Assembly (NCBI RefSeq): GCF_009914755.1
Contig: NC_060926.1
Reading direction: 5' to 3' (one strand)
Length of the DNA: 64,000 bases
Origin: the human T2T-CHM13v2.0 reference genome, Homo sapiens
The notes under the pieces are model-generated. The model did no database searches. It was not told where the DNA came from and saw only the letters and a list, made by a program, of their open reading frames with translations. The position numbers and the translations under genes were made by a program. This document shows, piece after piece, positions 11,321-31,120 of the stretch. Numbering within the stretch: the stretch's first letter is position 1; each line of letters begins with the position of its first letter.

Positions 11321-14300
11321 AAGCCCAACATGACTTGGTTATGCTTAAAGATTTGGAGCATGTTCTTTCATCTAGCTAGCTTTGATAAATTTGTGGTTGG
11401 GGGAGAGAGGCCACAGATACATTGTTTGCATGGAGTGTTTCTCTTAGCTATTAGAGTGAAATACGTATCACAATGCTGTTTGTCAACTCCTCCAATCCCT
11501 GAAATTCCATTTGCTTTGAACAAATGCCCTCAGATAAATACCTTCTCAACATGCCTTCCTTATACTAGGCTCTTCTCTCACCTCTTTACACTTGTCCATA
11601 TACAATAATATTTTGCCCAAACTGCTATCTTCATACTTAGTATTTCCCCAACTATCTGTAAATTCCTTAAAGATTCTATACTTATCTTGCTGACTTTGAC
11701 CTGTTAGAATACAGAAAATAGTCTCTACATATTCTTAGTCAGTTCTGTATCTCCAGAACCTACTCATTATAGGTAGTGAGTGTATCTTACGTTTGTTGAA
11801 TTCCCTAATACTCAAAAATAATTTTAAAATTAAGTTTGGAGCAATCCAACAAAGGCTAAGCAGATGAAGGTGGTTATCTGAACTTTAAACTTAATTTTTA
11901 CCCATAAAGTTACTAAAAAAAAAAGTTATTTAAAATGATGGAGCTATTAATAGTACCATTTCCTTGGAGCTATTTTTTCCCTGTAGTTATTAGCAGTCAG
12001 TAATATGTACTCATATTCAGGTACATTGGCCTACTTAAAACATAAACTATTTTGGAGGAAAACAATATGAAACAATGCTTTAGGACAGAATTACTAAAGA
12101 ATGTGTTACTGAAATAGAACTTAAGACAATCACTTATATATCTAATTTTAAATGTTATCATAAAGAACTCTCATGTCCCAACATTCTCAATTTAAATCGT
12201 CTCCTTATTCAATCTATAGTTGTTTGCCTGAATTAAATTTGGATTTCAAAAATTAATTTTGGAATAAAATATATTTTTAAAGTGACTCAGTCTTTTTTTT
12301 TTTTTTTACTCCAAAGCTGGAGTGAAAAAAAGTCAGTTTCTAAATGATAAAGTCATTCCAGGAGTCCATTTGGTACTGCACATACTAAAGCCTAAGGATT
12401 TATTATTACAAGCCTTAAAGAATAATTTAATGTGGCTCCAAAATATATATGCTGATTTTTAAAAGATGCTTCATTTATGAATGATTCAGGTATAAATTGT
12501 TTATTAATATTTATTAACTATCATTTTTTAAATATGCTGACAGAAAATTATTTACCAAGTGATATTAAACTTTTTAGGAATCAAAAGTTTATCTTTAATA
12601 GTTTATGGAAAAAAATCAATTCTTTTATCCTTTGTTTACACTATCAGTTCATGCCCTAGCTGATTTCTTTCATTATTCAATGACTACAAATCTTGAATGC
12701 CATTTGTCCTATTAAACTACTCAGTGAAAACAAAAAGAAGCAGCAATACTAACTTTCTCAACCTTATTTAAATAACAATCATAGTTAAAATTTATAGTGT
12801 GTATTTGGGCTTCACATGTGCTAATTCCAATTTACTTCACAGGTTAATGATGTGGGGACTCGGGTGTCACAAAACTTACATAATATCTAGTCAATAGTAT
12901 TTATTGAGCACTTACTAAGTGCTCAGTACTATTTTAAGAGTTTATGCTATTTAATCTTAGGATGCACACATTTACTTGATTGCTCTTTTCTTTTTCTTTT
13001 TGTCTAACTGCACAAATACTGTCTCCCTCTTATCTCAAAACTACCAGAACACAAAAACAGAATGTAAGCATCTTAAGATGTGTGTTACTCTAAATATCAC
13101 ACAGATAACTGTAACTGCATTTTATGGAAAAGGTGATACTGGCAAAACAGAAACTCAACTGCGTTTTGCTAAGTTAGTAAAAGGGTAATTATCAACAAAT
13201 CTAGTTATAAAATAGATCTATTATGGAAATAAAAATCAGTGTGTCAATGTGATCTAGTCAGTGCAGTATTTCTTTCTCAGAGACTATTTTTAATAGCAAA
13301 AGTGGTAAGAAATTAATTTGATGCTAGGGATATTTCTTTCTGATCTTTTGTCTTTCTTGACTTCAAGTTTGTCTTTGCACTTCAAGTTATATAAGGGAAA
13401 ATAAAATTTCAGATAAGGATAAATGTTTAGATATATCAGCAGTACTCTGCCTTATCAAACAGTTTAAAAAGAGATAAAGGACTTTCTATTCAGATAAAAT
13501 GAGTAGATAACATTTATAATTCCAAGAAAATAATTATAGTTATCATTCATAAAAATATAAAAAGTAAGTTCTATTTTGAGAAATCTACATTTAACAGCTT
13601 TGTGTTGTTTCCTTGAACTAACCATCTGGTCCTCCAAAATCCTACTTAATTAGGAAAATTTTAAAAACTGTTGAGAACTTTCTTTCTATTCTTTTGAGAA
13701 AAAATTGAATGGAGTAGAATAAAATTACCCTGGAAGCTTAGGAAATCCTGTGAACTAAGTTCTGATTGCTGTCTTTTAACCTTTTTAAAACACTTTCAGT
13801 GTTAAAAGAAACATTTCTTGTTTATTTGAATTTTCATTCTGACATCATACACTAATTTTAAACATTTATTTCCCAACTTTGTTAAAATTTACTATTCGGT
13901 TATAATAATTGAAAAAACAGATGTTAAAAGATTTACAGTCAAAAGTGTATTGATTGCATGCATATATTCCTAGAGTAAAAGAGATTAAAGAAGGAAACAC
14001 ACTTTGCTTAAAAAATAAGAAAATAAATTAAGACAGAGAAAAAATAAAAATAATAAAAGAAGGTTTTATAGAAATGAGGGCTCTATAGAAATATCTAGGG
14101 CTAAAATAAAGTAATAATAGGAAAGAGTCACAAATATCAAATCTCCCAAAGAAAACAGATGGCACAAGATGTAAAAACCAATTTTTAATGGATTTTTATA
14201 CATGAAAAATGCAACATATATGAAAAACTCCAAGGTTCTTGAGTGAGATTAGAAAGAATTGTGTGATAGAAAATGGATAGAATTGAAAAATTCAATAATC

Positions 14301-14410
14301 CTTTAGGCATACATTTGAGAAAATAAGTTAGAAACAAAGATATGCCTTCTGAAAGAGAAAGAAAATAATATCTCTTCATGCCATGCCAGAACAAGTTAGA
14401 AAAACAAAAG

Positions 14411-14877
14411 ACACAAACTAAAACATAAGAACAAAAATCTGTTCATATTCAGGACAGAAGAACTTAGGACATACAAGCAGTTTATTTTCTAAACAAGTTT
14501 GTAAGTTTATTTCCTAGCTGATGAGATTGAGGTCAAGAGTGTCAGGGAATGACAGGGGTCTGGGAAGGTGGCAGAAAATAACACCTGGTCCCCTCATTCA
14601 GGACAGAAATAGTCATATCCCTTTGAGTCAGAGTTGGGGGCAAGACGGAGCTGGAAGATCTTACCCAAATGAAAATCGAAGAAGGTATAATAATGTGGGT
14701 GGGGAAATAATTATTTTTTGTTCGTAAAATGGGACCTCTAATTCCTGCACTTCCCATACCTCTCTCCTCAATTCACATATCCAAAATCTGAATATTTTTA
14801 CAATTGCAGAATGGATTGTTTTCGTAACGTGACAAACATTTATTGATAATGATTTAGAATCTGATGGTATGTATATC

Positions 14878-14916
<39 letters not shown>

Positions 14917-15142
14917 CTCTGACTCAAAAGGAGATGACTGCTGTTTCTGTCCTCTTTCAGGGGACCAGGTGCTATTTTCTGCCACCTTTCCAGTCCCCTA
15001 TCATTCCCTGACACTCTTGACCTCAAGCTCATCAACAAGGAAATAAACTTACAAATTTGTTTAGAAAATAAACTGCTTGTATTTCCTAAGTTTTTCTGTC
15101 CTGAATATGAACAGCTTTTTGTTCTTATGTTTTGGTTTTTGT
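14411..15142. repeat. Long inverted repeat: arms 14411-14636 and 14914-15142, 277-bp spacer
   Basis: Manual alignment of arm 1 to reverse complement of arm 2 gives about 20 mismatches plus one 3-nt indel over ~226 bp; mirrored peptides in ORFs 14521+ and 14877-. Confidence 0.97.
14883..14915. repeat. (CA)n microsatellite
   Basis: About 16 CA units abutting inverted-repeat arm 2. Confidence 0.95.
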
Positions 15143-15339
15143 AACACACATATCTATAAAGATATGTGTGTGTATGTATATGTATACACTTTTTTAAAAC
15201 ATTTTGCTAGATGGAAATTAATCACAGAAATGGCCAAGATGGATAATGGAATAAAATGGGTGAAAGACTGTGGCACTCAAAACCAGATGAAACTCAGGGC
15301 TGTCAATGTCTTGTGAATAAACTGAAAACTAATTTTTAA

Positions 15340-15540
15340 TCCAATCAGTGCTATTGCCTGACTGAGTGACCAAGTGGGAGTCCCCGTATAACCTTGTTTC
15401 TCATTTATAAAATGGCATTAATAACCAGCAGTTCCTTAACTGCTCTAGGTGTGTTATCAAGATAAATGAGATCATTTATATGTAAAGTTTATGATTTGTT
15501 GGAAAGAAGCACTATGGAAATAAATGTTGGTATTATTATG
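15340..15540 (+). mobile_element. MIR SINE
   Basis: Core ccttgtttctcatttataaaatgg..gataaatgagatcatttatatgtaaag. Confidence 0.65.
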
Positions 15541-16899
15541 GCAATGCAGAGGTGTACAATACATTATAACAAAATAACATTCCATCTTTCTATCACTTTA
15601 CAGAAGCTTCACACAGAAAATGAAGAAGATATTTAAATATTTCATATAAGTAAAAATGAGAAAGATACTTATGACCAAAAAAGTGTCAAACAAATATGAT
15701 AGATTCATACATTAATTAAATAACTATTGTATGCCTTCAATATAGATATTTTTAAACATCATATTTTTTCTATAAATTTAAAACCTGTCAAAGTTTAATG
15801 CAATCAGAATACATATTTTTCTTTCTCCTTTGTCTTTTTGTCTTTTCCTCTTTCTTCCACTGGATTCTTAAATTCTGAGACATTGAAGTAAATTATATTT
15901 TTTTAAGACTTAGGAATCAACATTTTATTCAAAATATTGGTGAGGTCTTCTGAGAAAATTATGAATTTTAATAAAGACAGAAAAGTTAGCCTGTCACAAT
16001 AACAGTGCAAGGCCATTGTCCACTCCAAGTCAATCTGAATGTGGTGACATCAAAAATGACAGTTATCGAGTTGGTTAAGAGAGATGAACATGGAATGGAG
16101 GCTGTAAAGTTCAATGAGATTAAGTTGAAATTTGCTTAGTCTGTCAGTCAGTGTCATTCATGCACAACTACTGCATACAGAGAATTGTACTATATACTTC
16201 CTAGAGAAAACTCCCAGAAGGTCTGTATATATGTTTTAGGAAATGTTACATTTATCCTCTTCGCCTAAATGTCAAGAACAAAGTAATGTTTTTGGAAAGT
16301 ATGCATTAATCTACCTATACATTTTTAAAACATAACCTTTAATTAATTATGTGAAATCATTAAACTTCATTGAAAAATATGCTTAAGTTTTTCTGTGGAT
16401 ATGTATTTAAGTTCCTATGTGTTAGAATCAATATGATGTTCTGTAAAGTAAGTGTAAAGATCTTCAAAAGATAGTGGTACCATAAATTCTTTCAAAATAA
16501 GAAGAATATCTTAAATTATAAATATTTACATGTTATAAGTTATGAATAATATATTTGAGAGAAGAAACATGAAATGGAAACAAGTATTAAATTTCCTTAT
16601 CCCTTAAAATCAGGTTATGATATTGTAAACCAGTTTTCTTTTGCAGATATAACAATTATCCTGAACTCTAAAATTAACATGAAGTTAACATAAAAAATAA
16701 GAATTCTTTTGAACCCCCAGGATTGTTTTAATAGCATATATATTAAACAGTTGCTGGGTTTTCTTTCTATATTAAAATTTGTTAATGTTATTTTCTCAAA
16801 GTTCCACTCATCTATTGCAATTTTAAAATTAAAGTGCATATATGAGGTATAAAGTAACAGTTTTTTTAACTTTATTACTCATAGAAAATACTGATATTG

Positions 16900-17207
16900 G
16901 GCCAGGTGTGGTGGCTCACATCTGGAATCCCAGCACTTTGGGAGGCCGAGGCAGGTGGATCATGAGGTCAGGAGTTCGAGACCATCCTGGCTAACACGGT
17001 GAAACCCCATCTCTACTAAAAATACAAAAAAAAAAATTAGCCGGGTGTGGTGGTGGGCGCCTGTAGTCCCAGGTACTCGGGAGGCTGAGGCAGGAGCATG
17101 GCATGAACTCAGGAGCAGAGGTTGCGGTGAGCTGAGATAGCACCACTACACTCCAGCCTGGGTGACAGAGCGAGACTCTGTCTCAAAAAAAAAAAAAAAA
17201 GAAAAGA
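16900..17207 (+). mobile_element. Alu (AluY/Sc8-like)
   Basis: Full dimer with poly-A; perfect TSD agaaaatactgatattg at 16883-16899 and 17208-17224. Confidence 0.97.
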
Positions 17208-19411
17208 AGAAAATACTGATATTGTCAAACAATCTATAGAGTAAAGGAAGCACAGACAGAGATATAAGGAAACAACATTTTTTTTAATTGACACACTGAA
17301 ATGAAACACTAAAGGTGTTAGATGCCTACCATCTTGATTAAATTTATTCTACCCATGAAGCAACAGTTTATGATTTTCAAATGAATAACCCACTTAAATG
17401 TAGGGAGCATTAATACAATATGATATTAATATACAAATACTCACATTATTCACCTGCTACTGACATTCTGAATTAAATCAGTAATGGGGTGTATAACTGA
17501 TTAAATATCTACACAACAGAAAGCAACAGCTTATGATTTAAAGAGGTACTGGTAGAGTGATCACATCATTACACTGCCAAACACCATCTATCACTTTTAC
17601 TGAACTTAACGAAGATGGATTACATCCCGCAGATGAGATGCAGCCTATAAATACTGTCATGCTGATCTTCATCTGACTTTCCTGGAGAACAGATGAGCAA
17701 CAAATCAATAATTGAAGAAGTCATATTAGCTATTCAGTTTTATTCAGCACCCGGAAGAAATCATGTAGGACATTATAGCAACAAACAGCCTTAATTCAAT
17801 GAAATCTGCTAATTCATGCTTTTTCTTGTAAGCTAACTTATTTTCTCATTCAATTTATTTACTTCATCAAATTTAAGGAAAAGCATCAATTTGGTGTAAA
17901 GCATCACTACCCACTTTTACATTTTGAACTAAGACTGGTTTAGCACCAAAAAATTATTGCACAACAAACTTTTTGTACCAAGTGCAATATGTTTGATTCA
18001 AGTTACAAACTCATATAGGTAATTACAAATGTACAACATATAATATTGGTTTTAAACTTACTGTCTTCAAACATTGAAACAAAATGAATACCATGAAAAT
18101 ATGCATAAACAATGTATTCATTTTACAGCTTCTGGATTGTTTTAGTAGTATTTCTCCATTAAACACCTGCCTGAATTTCTATTTACCATCTCATTTAGCT
18201 TTCACAGTTTACCTTTGTGGAAACTGCCTGTCAATTGCTTCAGTAATCCAATCACTGGAGACCAGATTGCTTCCTGTCAGTCGGTTTGTATAATGTTATG
18301 GTAATAGATAACAGGTGGTCAGTATTCAACGGCTGAGGTGAAGATGATTTCTCACAAGCTATAAAACATCTGAGGAAATGCTTTAACAGTTCATACTTAC
18401 TACTAATTGCACCATTAGAACTTTAATTAATTTTTTACCCTTCCACTATGTTCCTTAGTTGGCCATAAGGCAGGAAATCATTCGGAACAGAAAGAAAGAA
18501 TCTAAAGAGACAATAACGAGGGGTAATACAAAAAAGAATGAATGGCAGAATGGCTCACAGTTTGCTCTGAAACTAGAGTGAAGTTTGATTGCTTAATCAG
18601 TTCTGTATTTGATCGTGGCCCTAAACAGGGATCAGTTTTTAAGAAGCATCTTAATTCTGGGAACATGTTAACTACTGCCCACATTTAAACTGACTATCTT
18701 CAATTACTAACTATATCTTGAAAGTATTTCAAAATGCTTCTATTCTGATTTTAAGGCATCAGCAATCAAATCCTGCAAGTCAGAAATGGAGAAATGAAAT
18801 ATGAAATAGGTTTCACACAAGAACAATTTACATATTTTTAAAAATATGGCCTTAGAACATAAAAAAATGGAAAGAAGGCATTGTATGCAATGTCACTGAG
18901 CTGATGTTTAAGCTTACATTAATTTCTACTTTGGCATCTCCAGGTTTCTAGTTTATAAATAGAACATCTTCAGTCACATTGTGTGGCTAGACAGTCCTGT
19001 GTTTCACTAACTTGAATTTTGTAGTCCTTTTCCTCTATGACCAATTTGCTTGTAACTACCAATTTATTTATAATATCTACAGTTTACAACAATTTGTTTG
19101 AATAAAATACATCTTTAAGCAATAAAGTTGACCCCCTTAAGAAAAAACAAAACTAGAATATTTTAGAAAAACAGTAAATGCATTTTGTTTAAAAAAGATA
19201 TAATTTTTTCTCCTTATCTAGTACACCAGATAAAAATTAAATATTTACTGAGACAAATTATATCAAAAGGCATTATATCAAAGTAACAATATATCTAGTA
19301 ACAATAAATAAAATACAAACATCAACAGAGGTCAAAGTAATCATCTGAAAGAAGTCAAAATTTACACAAAATTTTAATAGATTATGCTACTATAAAGAAC
19401 CTATGGTTTTA

Positions 19412-19726
<315 letters not shown>

Positions 19727-20339
19727 TTATAAAATATATATTATATTTTATTTATGTATATATATATATATAGCTTAGTTGTTTTAAAATCACTGTTAAA
19801 ACATATTTTGAAAAAGTTTTAGAAACTAGCAAATGTCCAAGCCACATGGTTTAAAAGCTAAATAATAAATACAATGTAATTCTCTAGCAACTGAATTTAG
19901 CTATGACTGAACCCATTACAAAGGTTGCTTGTTGTCAAGAAGAGATAAATCTCAGATGCAACTTTGAATCTTCTTATCCACTCACAGAAAAAATTCGGCC
20001 AAATTTCTTAATATAGTGCCAGGAAGACTTTAGGCCTACTCACAAGGCAAACAGACTGTATATACCATGCAAACTTTAGTTCTGAAATCTGAAGCTTGTT
20101 CATGCATCCTATCCCTCTGTATTTCACAAATCAAATATTTATCAAGAACGTTGGCATCGAACTGTAGCACCACTCACCAGTTTACCATGCCATTTGGACC
20201 TGACACTCAGCAATTATTTTTCTAGCATCAAATGTAACACTAATCCTCAACAATGATTCATCTAGCAAATCTGACTCTGCAAGCTTCTACCCCCACCCCA
20301 GGTTAATATCCTTTGGAATTATTTTGAGATACTTATCGC

Positions 20340-21075
20340 TGAGGAGTGTCCACACCTGCTAGATATTCCCTTAGTCATTAAAAGGATTGGGAATATAGCA
20401 TTTAACAGGAGATCAAGCTGCAGTGAGTTATAATATGATTGCACTCCAGCACTCCAGCTTGACAACAGCATAAGACCCTGTTGTTGTTGTTGTTTTTAAA
20501 GCAATCAACTCTATTTCCATCAGGTCCATTGAGTTTATATTATATATTGATGAGATAGACAACAAACACATATATACTATGTTGTGATAACTATTTCTGT
20601 AAAATACTAATTGCAAAAGATACTCCTTTAGATGGGAAAATCACAAAAGGCCTGTCTTAGGAGGTGATCTGAAAGACAGAAGGGGCAAATTGCATATTCC
20701 TATGGAAGAACATTCTAGGCAGAAGAAACAGCGTATGTCAAAGCTCTGAAATGAGAATGTTTAGGGTATTCACAGAACAAGGAGGCCAGGAGCCGGGAAA
20801 GAGAGAGCATAAGAAAAAGAAATAGGAGCAGAGAAAGGAGGAAGAGGAGAACATGCAGGATCTTTCAGGTTAAGGTGAGAAGCTCATTGGAGGGTTTTAA
20901 CCAAACTATGAACAGTTGTGATGTCTGTGGTTTTCACAATCTAACTACTCTGGAGAAGGGTAGAAGCAGGTCAACTGGAAAGGTACTCAAATAAACAAAG
21001 TAAGATGACCATGCCTGTAATAATTTGGAATCAATGGAGTTAGTGATAAATGATCATAAATTGGATGTATTTTGA
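20340..21075 (-). mobile_element. L2 fragment containing a short Alu right-arm piece (~20407-20480, +)
   Basis: gaagaacattctaggcagaagaaacagc and gaacaaggaggccag are L2-like; gctgcagtgag..gcactccagc is Alu-like. Confidence 0.7.
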
Positions 21076-21099
21076 ATCTAGATAAAATGTAAACAATAA

Positions 21100-22340
21100 G
21101 ACAAAAGAACACAATAATTTTAAAAAGTAATGGAAGGCAACACCAAAGTCATGATCCAGGAAAGATGTAATTGATAAGCTGGAGTCCATTAAACTTAAAA
21201 GCCTGTTCTGCAAATGACAATGTCAAGAGAATAGGAAGAAAAGCCACAAACTAATAGAATATATTTGCAAAACATGCATCTAATGAAGAACTGTTATCCA
21301 TAATATACAAAAAACACTTACAACTCAACAAGAGAAAAATGAACACCTGACTTAAAAAAATGGGCAAAATGCCTTAACAGACACCTCATCAAACAAGATA
21401 TACAGATAGTAAATAAGCATATGAAAAGATGTTCAACATCACATGTCATTAGGAAACTGCAAATCAAAACAACAATGAGATACTACTACATCTCTATTAG
21501 AATCCAGAACAGTGACTACATAAAATGCTGATGGGGCTATAGAGCAACAAGAACTCTCCTTCACTGCTGATAAGAATGTTAGGTGGTACAGCCACTTTGA
21601 AAGACTGTGTTGTGGCTTCTTACAAAACTAAATATACTCTCACCATATGATCCAGCATTCATTCACCCTATTATTACCCATAGGAGTTAATAACTTATGT
21701 CCAAACAAAAATCTGTACATGGTTGTTTATGGCAGCTTTATTCGCAATTGCCAAAACTTGGAAGCAATCAAGATGTCTCTCAATAGGTAAATGCATAAAT
21801 AAATTGTGGTATATCCAGGCAATGGAATGCTATTCACTGCTAAGAAGAAATGAGCTACCAAGACATGAAAAGACATAGAGAAAACTTAAATGCATATTAC
21901 TAAATTAAAGAAGCCAATCTGTAAAGGCTGCATACTATTTGATTCCATATATGACCTTCTATGGCAAACCTATGGAGGAAGTAAAAAGATCAGTGATTAC
22001 CAGGGATTAAGGGAGATGGAAGGATAAATAGGCAGAGCACAGATACATTTTAGGGCAGTGAAACTATTCTGTATAGTACCACAATGGTAGATAAATGTCA
22101 TTATATATTTGTTGAAAGTCACAGAATATGCAATACCAAGAGAGAACCCTAATTTAAATTATGGATTTTGGAGAATAATGATGTATCAATATAGGTTAAT
22201 CTATTATAATAAATGTACCACTCTGACGCAAGATAGGGGCGGTTGTTCATTTGTGGAAGAAGGGCATATGTAGGAATTTCTGTACTTTTTATTTACTCAA
22301 TTTTGCTGTGAACATAAAACTGCTCTAAAAAATAAAATCT
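21100..22340 (+). mobile_element. L1MC-type LINE-1 3' fragment
   Basis: ORF2 C-terminal region plus L1MC-like 3' UTR ending caattttgctgtgaacataaaactgctctaaaaaataaa. Confidence 0.85.
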
Positions 22341-22984
22341 AGTAACAATAAATAAAATACAAACATCAAACAATGTAGTGGAAGATATTTCAAAAGTAAT
22401 TACAGATACAGGAATATCTTCCTGTATGCAAAGGAAAGCCCAGAATTCATTTACAAAGATTAGCAAATTTGAGTACACAAAAATTTAAAGCTTCCATTTA
22501 AAAAAAAAAAAAAAAGAGTAAATAAGGATCATCCAAAGGTAACATATTGGGAAAAATATATCCAAAATATTCAATAAAAGATTAATATATAAAATATATA
22601 AAGATCTCCCACAAGTCAATAAGAAAACTATGAAAAACACAATTTTTAAATGCAATATATGAATATCAGTCTTGACATGGATTCTACCTTTAAACTGTTA
22701 TGGTGTGGCTTCTGAAGAACAACCATGTTCTGCAAAGACAGGAAACAAAATAGAACTAGACTGTTCTACAGCCTCTCAAGGGCTCAATGAATACTATCAC
22801 TTTTTGACAAGAAGTGTAAGAAGTACTTTTAGCCTAGAGTATGAATATGAAAACTGAAGTCCTAGCTGCCTTTTTGGACCAGAAGTACTTTAATAATAGA
22901 ACTTAAAATGGACAGTGGCTTAGAAAAAGCAATGAGGATATGGGTGGCAAGAACTCAAATATTACAGACAAATTGTTTACCAAT

Positions 22985-23512
22985 TGTGAGGGTTAATAAT
23001 GAGTGTCGACTTGATTGGATTGAAGGATGCAAGTTATTGTTCCTGGATGTGTCTGCGAGGGTGTTGAAAGATTAACATTTGAGTTGGTGGACTGGAGGCA
23101 GACACACCCTAATCTGAGTCAGCTGCCAGCATGGAGAGGATAAAAGCAGGCAGAGGAACGCAGAAGGACTAGATTAGCAGAGTCTTTTGGCCTCCATTTT
23201 TCTTCTGTGCTGAATGCTTCCTGCCCTCGAACATCGGTCTCCAAGTTCTTGTTCTTCAGCTTTTGGACTCTTGGACCTACACCAGTGGTTTGCCAGGGAC
23301 TCTCAGACCTTCAGCCACAGACTAAGACTGCACTGTCAGCTTCCCTACTTTTGAGGTTTTTGGAGTCAGACTGGCTTCCTTGCTCCTTAGCTTGCAGACA
23401 GCCTATTGTGGGATTTCACCTTGTGATTGTGTGAGTCAATACTCCTTAATAAAGTCCCTTTCACATATACAGCTATCCTATTAGTCCTATCCCTCTAGAG
23501 AACCTTAATACA
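22985..23512 (+). mobile_element. ERVL solo LTR MLT2A (length fits MLT2A2)
   Basis: TG..CA termini, ggttaata..cttgattggattgaaggatgc start, ccctctagagaaccttaataca end, 5-bp TSD CCAAT on both sides. Confidence 0.92.
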
Positions 23513-24046
23513 CCAATTTAATTATTTATATATACAGAAAAAAAGAATATCTCCTGTCAACCACAGCTTTAGAGTAAGGAGGAAAAATCATGAAATTGGT
23601 ATCTGTAAGACACTCTTTGCCACTTTCAACAACGTTTTATAAGATAGACATGAAAGCAGACTGGAGTTAAATGGCAAAAGGATAGAACGAAAAAAACTTT
23701 GACAAACTAGGCTTTTCTGCCTGAAGTCTGAAGTCTAAATTAACTTAGAGACTCAATTTTGTGCCTCTCAGTAATGAGACTACTAATCTGAACAGTTGTT
23801 AAGCAACAGAAACAAAGCATCAGCTTTAGCAGAGTATAAGACAGAGGCACCAAGCCATTACCAAGGACTTTCCTTTGAAAGTGGATCCAGGACACCAGCA
23901 GAGATCAGATGAAATGCGGTGCCTTCACAATCAAGTCTAGTCTTTCACATGGTGTCAAGATGTGTGTGTGTGACAGAGAGACAGAGAAAGAGAACAGAGG
24001 ACACCAAGTAAAATACTAGTCTCCAAGTTTAAAATTATGTCTATCT

Positions 24047-24370
<324 letters not shown>

Positions 24371-24501
24371 TCACACTACAAATGTGTAGATTTGCAAAGT
24401 ACAAAAAAATTAATGATATCTGGGTTCGCAATATTATGGAGAACTGGTGGTACTCTCAAATTATCATTTATATTGTTAATTAATTGGTAAAGATAAGTGT
24501 A

Positions 24502-25206
<705 letters not shown>

Positions 25207-25871
25207 GTGTATATGCCCTGTGATTCAAAAAGTCTACTTCTAGGAATTTATACTACAGTATACCAGTATAAAAACAGGCTTATGTATTCAAATGTCAAAT
25301 GCTATGATTTTTGTAACAGAAAAGTATTTTAAACTGCCTGAGTCCAGTACATAAAAATGTGATAACTAAATTATGGCAAATTCATAAAATGGAATACTAT
25401 GTAGTTGTCTGAAGAATGAAGTAATCTATTGATATGTATAAAAAACAAAATTTTATGACATTGTAAGTTTACAAAAGCAAGCTTCAGGACTACAAACACA
25501 TGTAAAGCAAATCTTCCTATCATACAAAGACACACATATATATGTGAATCTGCACAGATATTACCTCTCTGGAATGGGATTGGCACTTACTACAAATTTT
25601 TCCTAGAGATCTGGATTTTGATTTTGCAATTTAATATTTTTACATGACAAAAATTCAATAAACTAATATAATAAAAGAAACACAGGTAGTGCTAAAACTT
25701 TTTTCACTGCAATCAAACCCAAAATAATGGGAAGTATAGTGAGGATACCACAGAAATATGGATGATTTCAACATGGCATAGCAAATGCGAGAAGCAAGCT
25801 GTTTGGGCCATTCACATTTCTGGTTACTTGGCTCATGAAAAGAACTCAAATTAGCTACTAAAATAGTAGAA

Positions 25872-26060
25872 TGGTGGTTCTTATAGCGTGGTTGATGGCC
25901 CTGCAGTATCAGCATTACCTGGGAACTTGTCAGAAATGCAAATTCTCAGGCCCTACCCCAGACCTACTTAATTAGAACCTTTGGAGATGGTGCCTGGCAA
26001 TCTGACTTTTAACAAGTTTTCCGGGAGATTCTGGTGCATGATAAATGTTGTGAGCCACAG
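25872..26060. mobile_element. MER5A (hAT-Charlie DNA transposon relic)
   Basis: cagcattacctgggaacttgtcagaaatgcaaattctcaggccc..cagacctac. Confidence 0.88.
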
Positions 26061-26097
26061 TAGAAGAGCATAGTGATTAAGAGTAAAGAATCAGACT

Positions 26098-30910
<4,813 letters not shown>

Positions 30911-30914
30911 CTTA

Positions 30915-31120
30915 AGCGTCTGTTTTGAGTTATAGTGTTATCATTTCCTATTTTGAGACTATAAGCTACTTCATCTGTTGAAACTTCACTTTTCTCTCTG
31001 TAAAACAAGGATAGTAGAAAATATACCACATAGAGTTACTGTGAAGATTAAATGCTATGTGAAGCTTTTAGCAGAATGCATGGCATATGATAAACACACA
31101 AGATGCATGTTTTTATTATA
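30915..31120 (+). mobile_element. MIR (3' part; probable 5' part at ~26060-26097)
   Basis: cttcacttttctctctgtaaaacaaggata..catagagttactgtgaagattaaatg. Confidence 0.65.

Noticed and set aside
12893-12933. Palindrome tgagcactta-c-taagtgctca
   Set aside because: Lies in an L2/MIR-type tail whose consensus is already partly palindromic; stem too short to call a miRNA.
14521-15149. Paralogous-looking peptides on opposite strands (LRSRVSGNDRGL)
   Set aside because: A by-product of the DNA inverted repeat; no evidence of coding.
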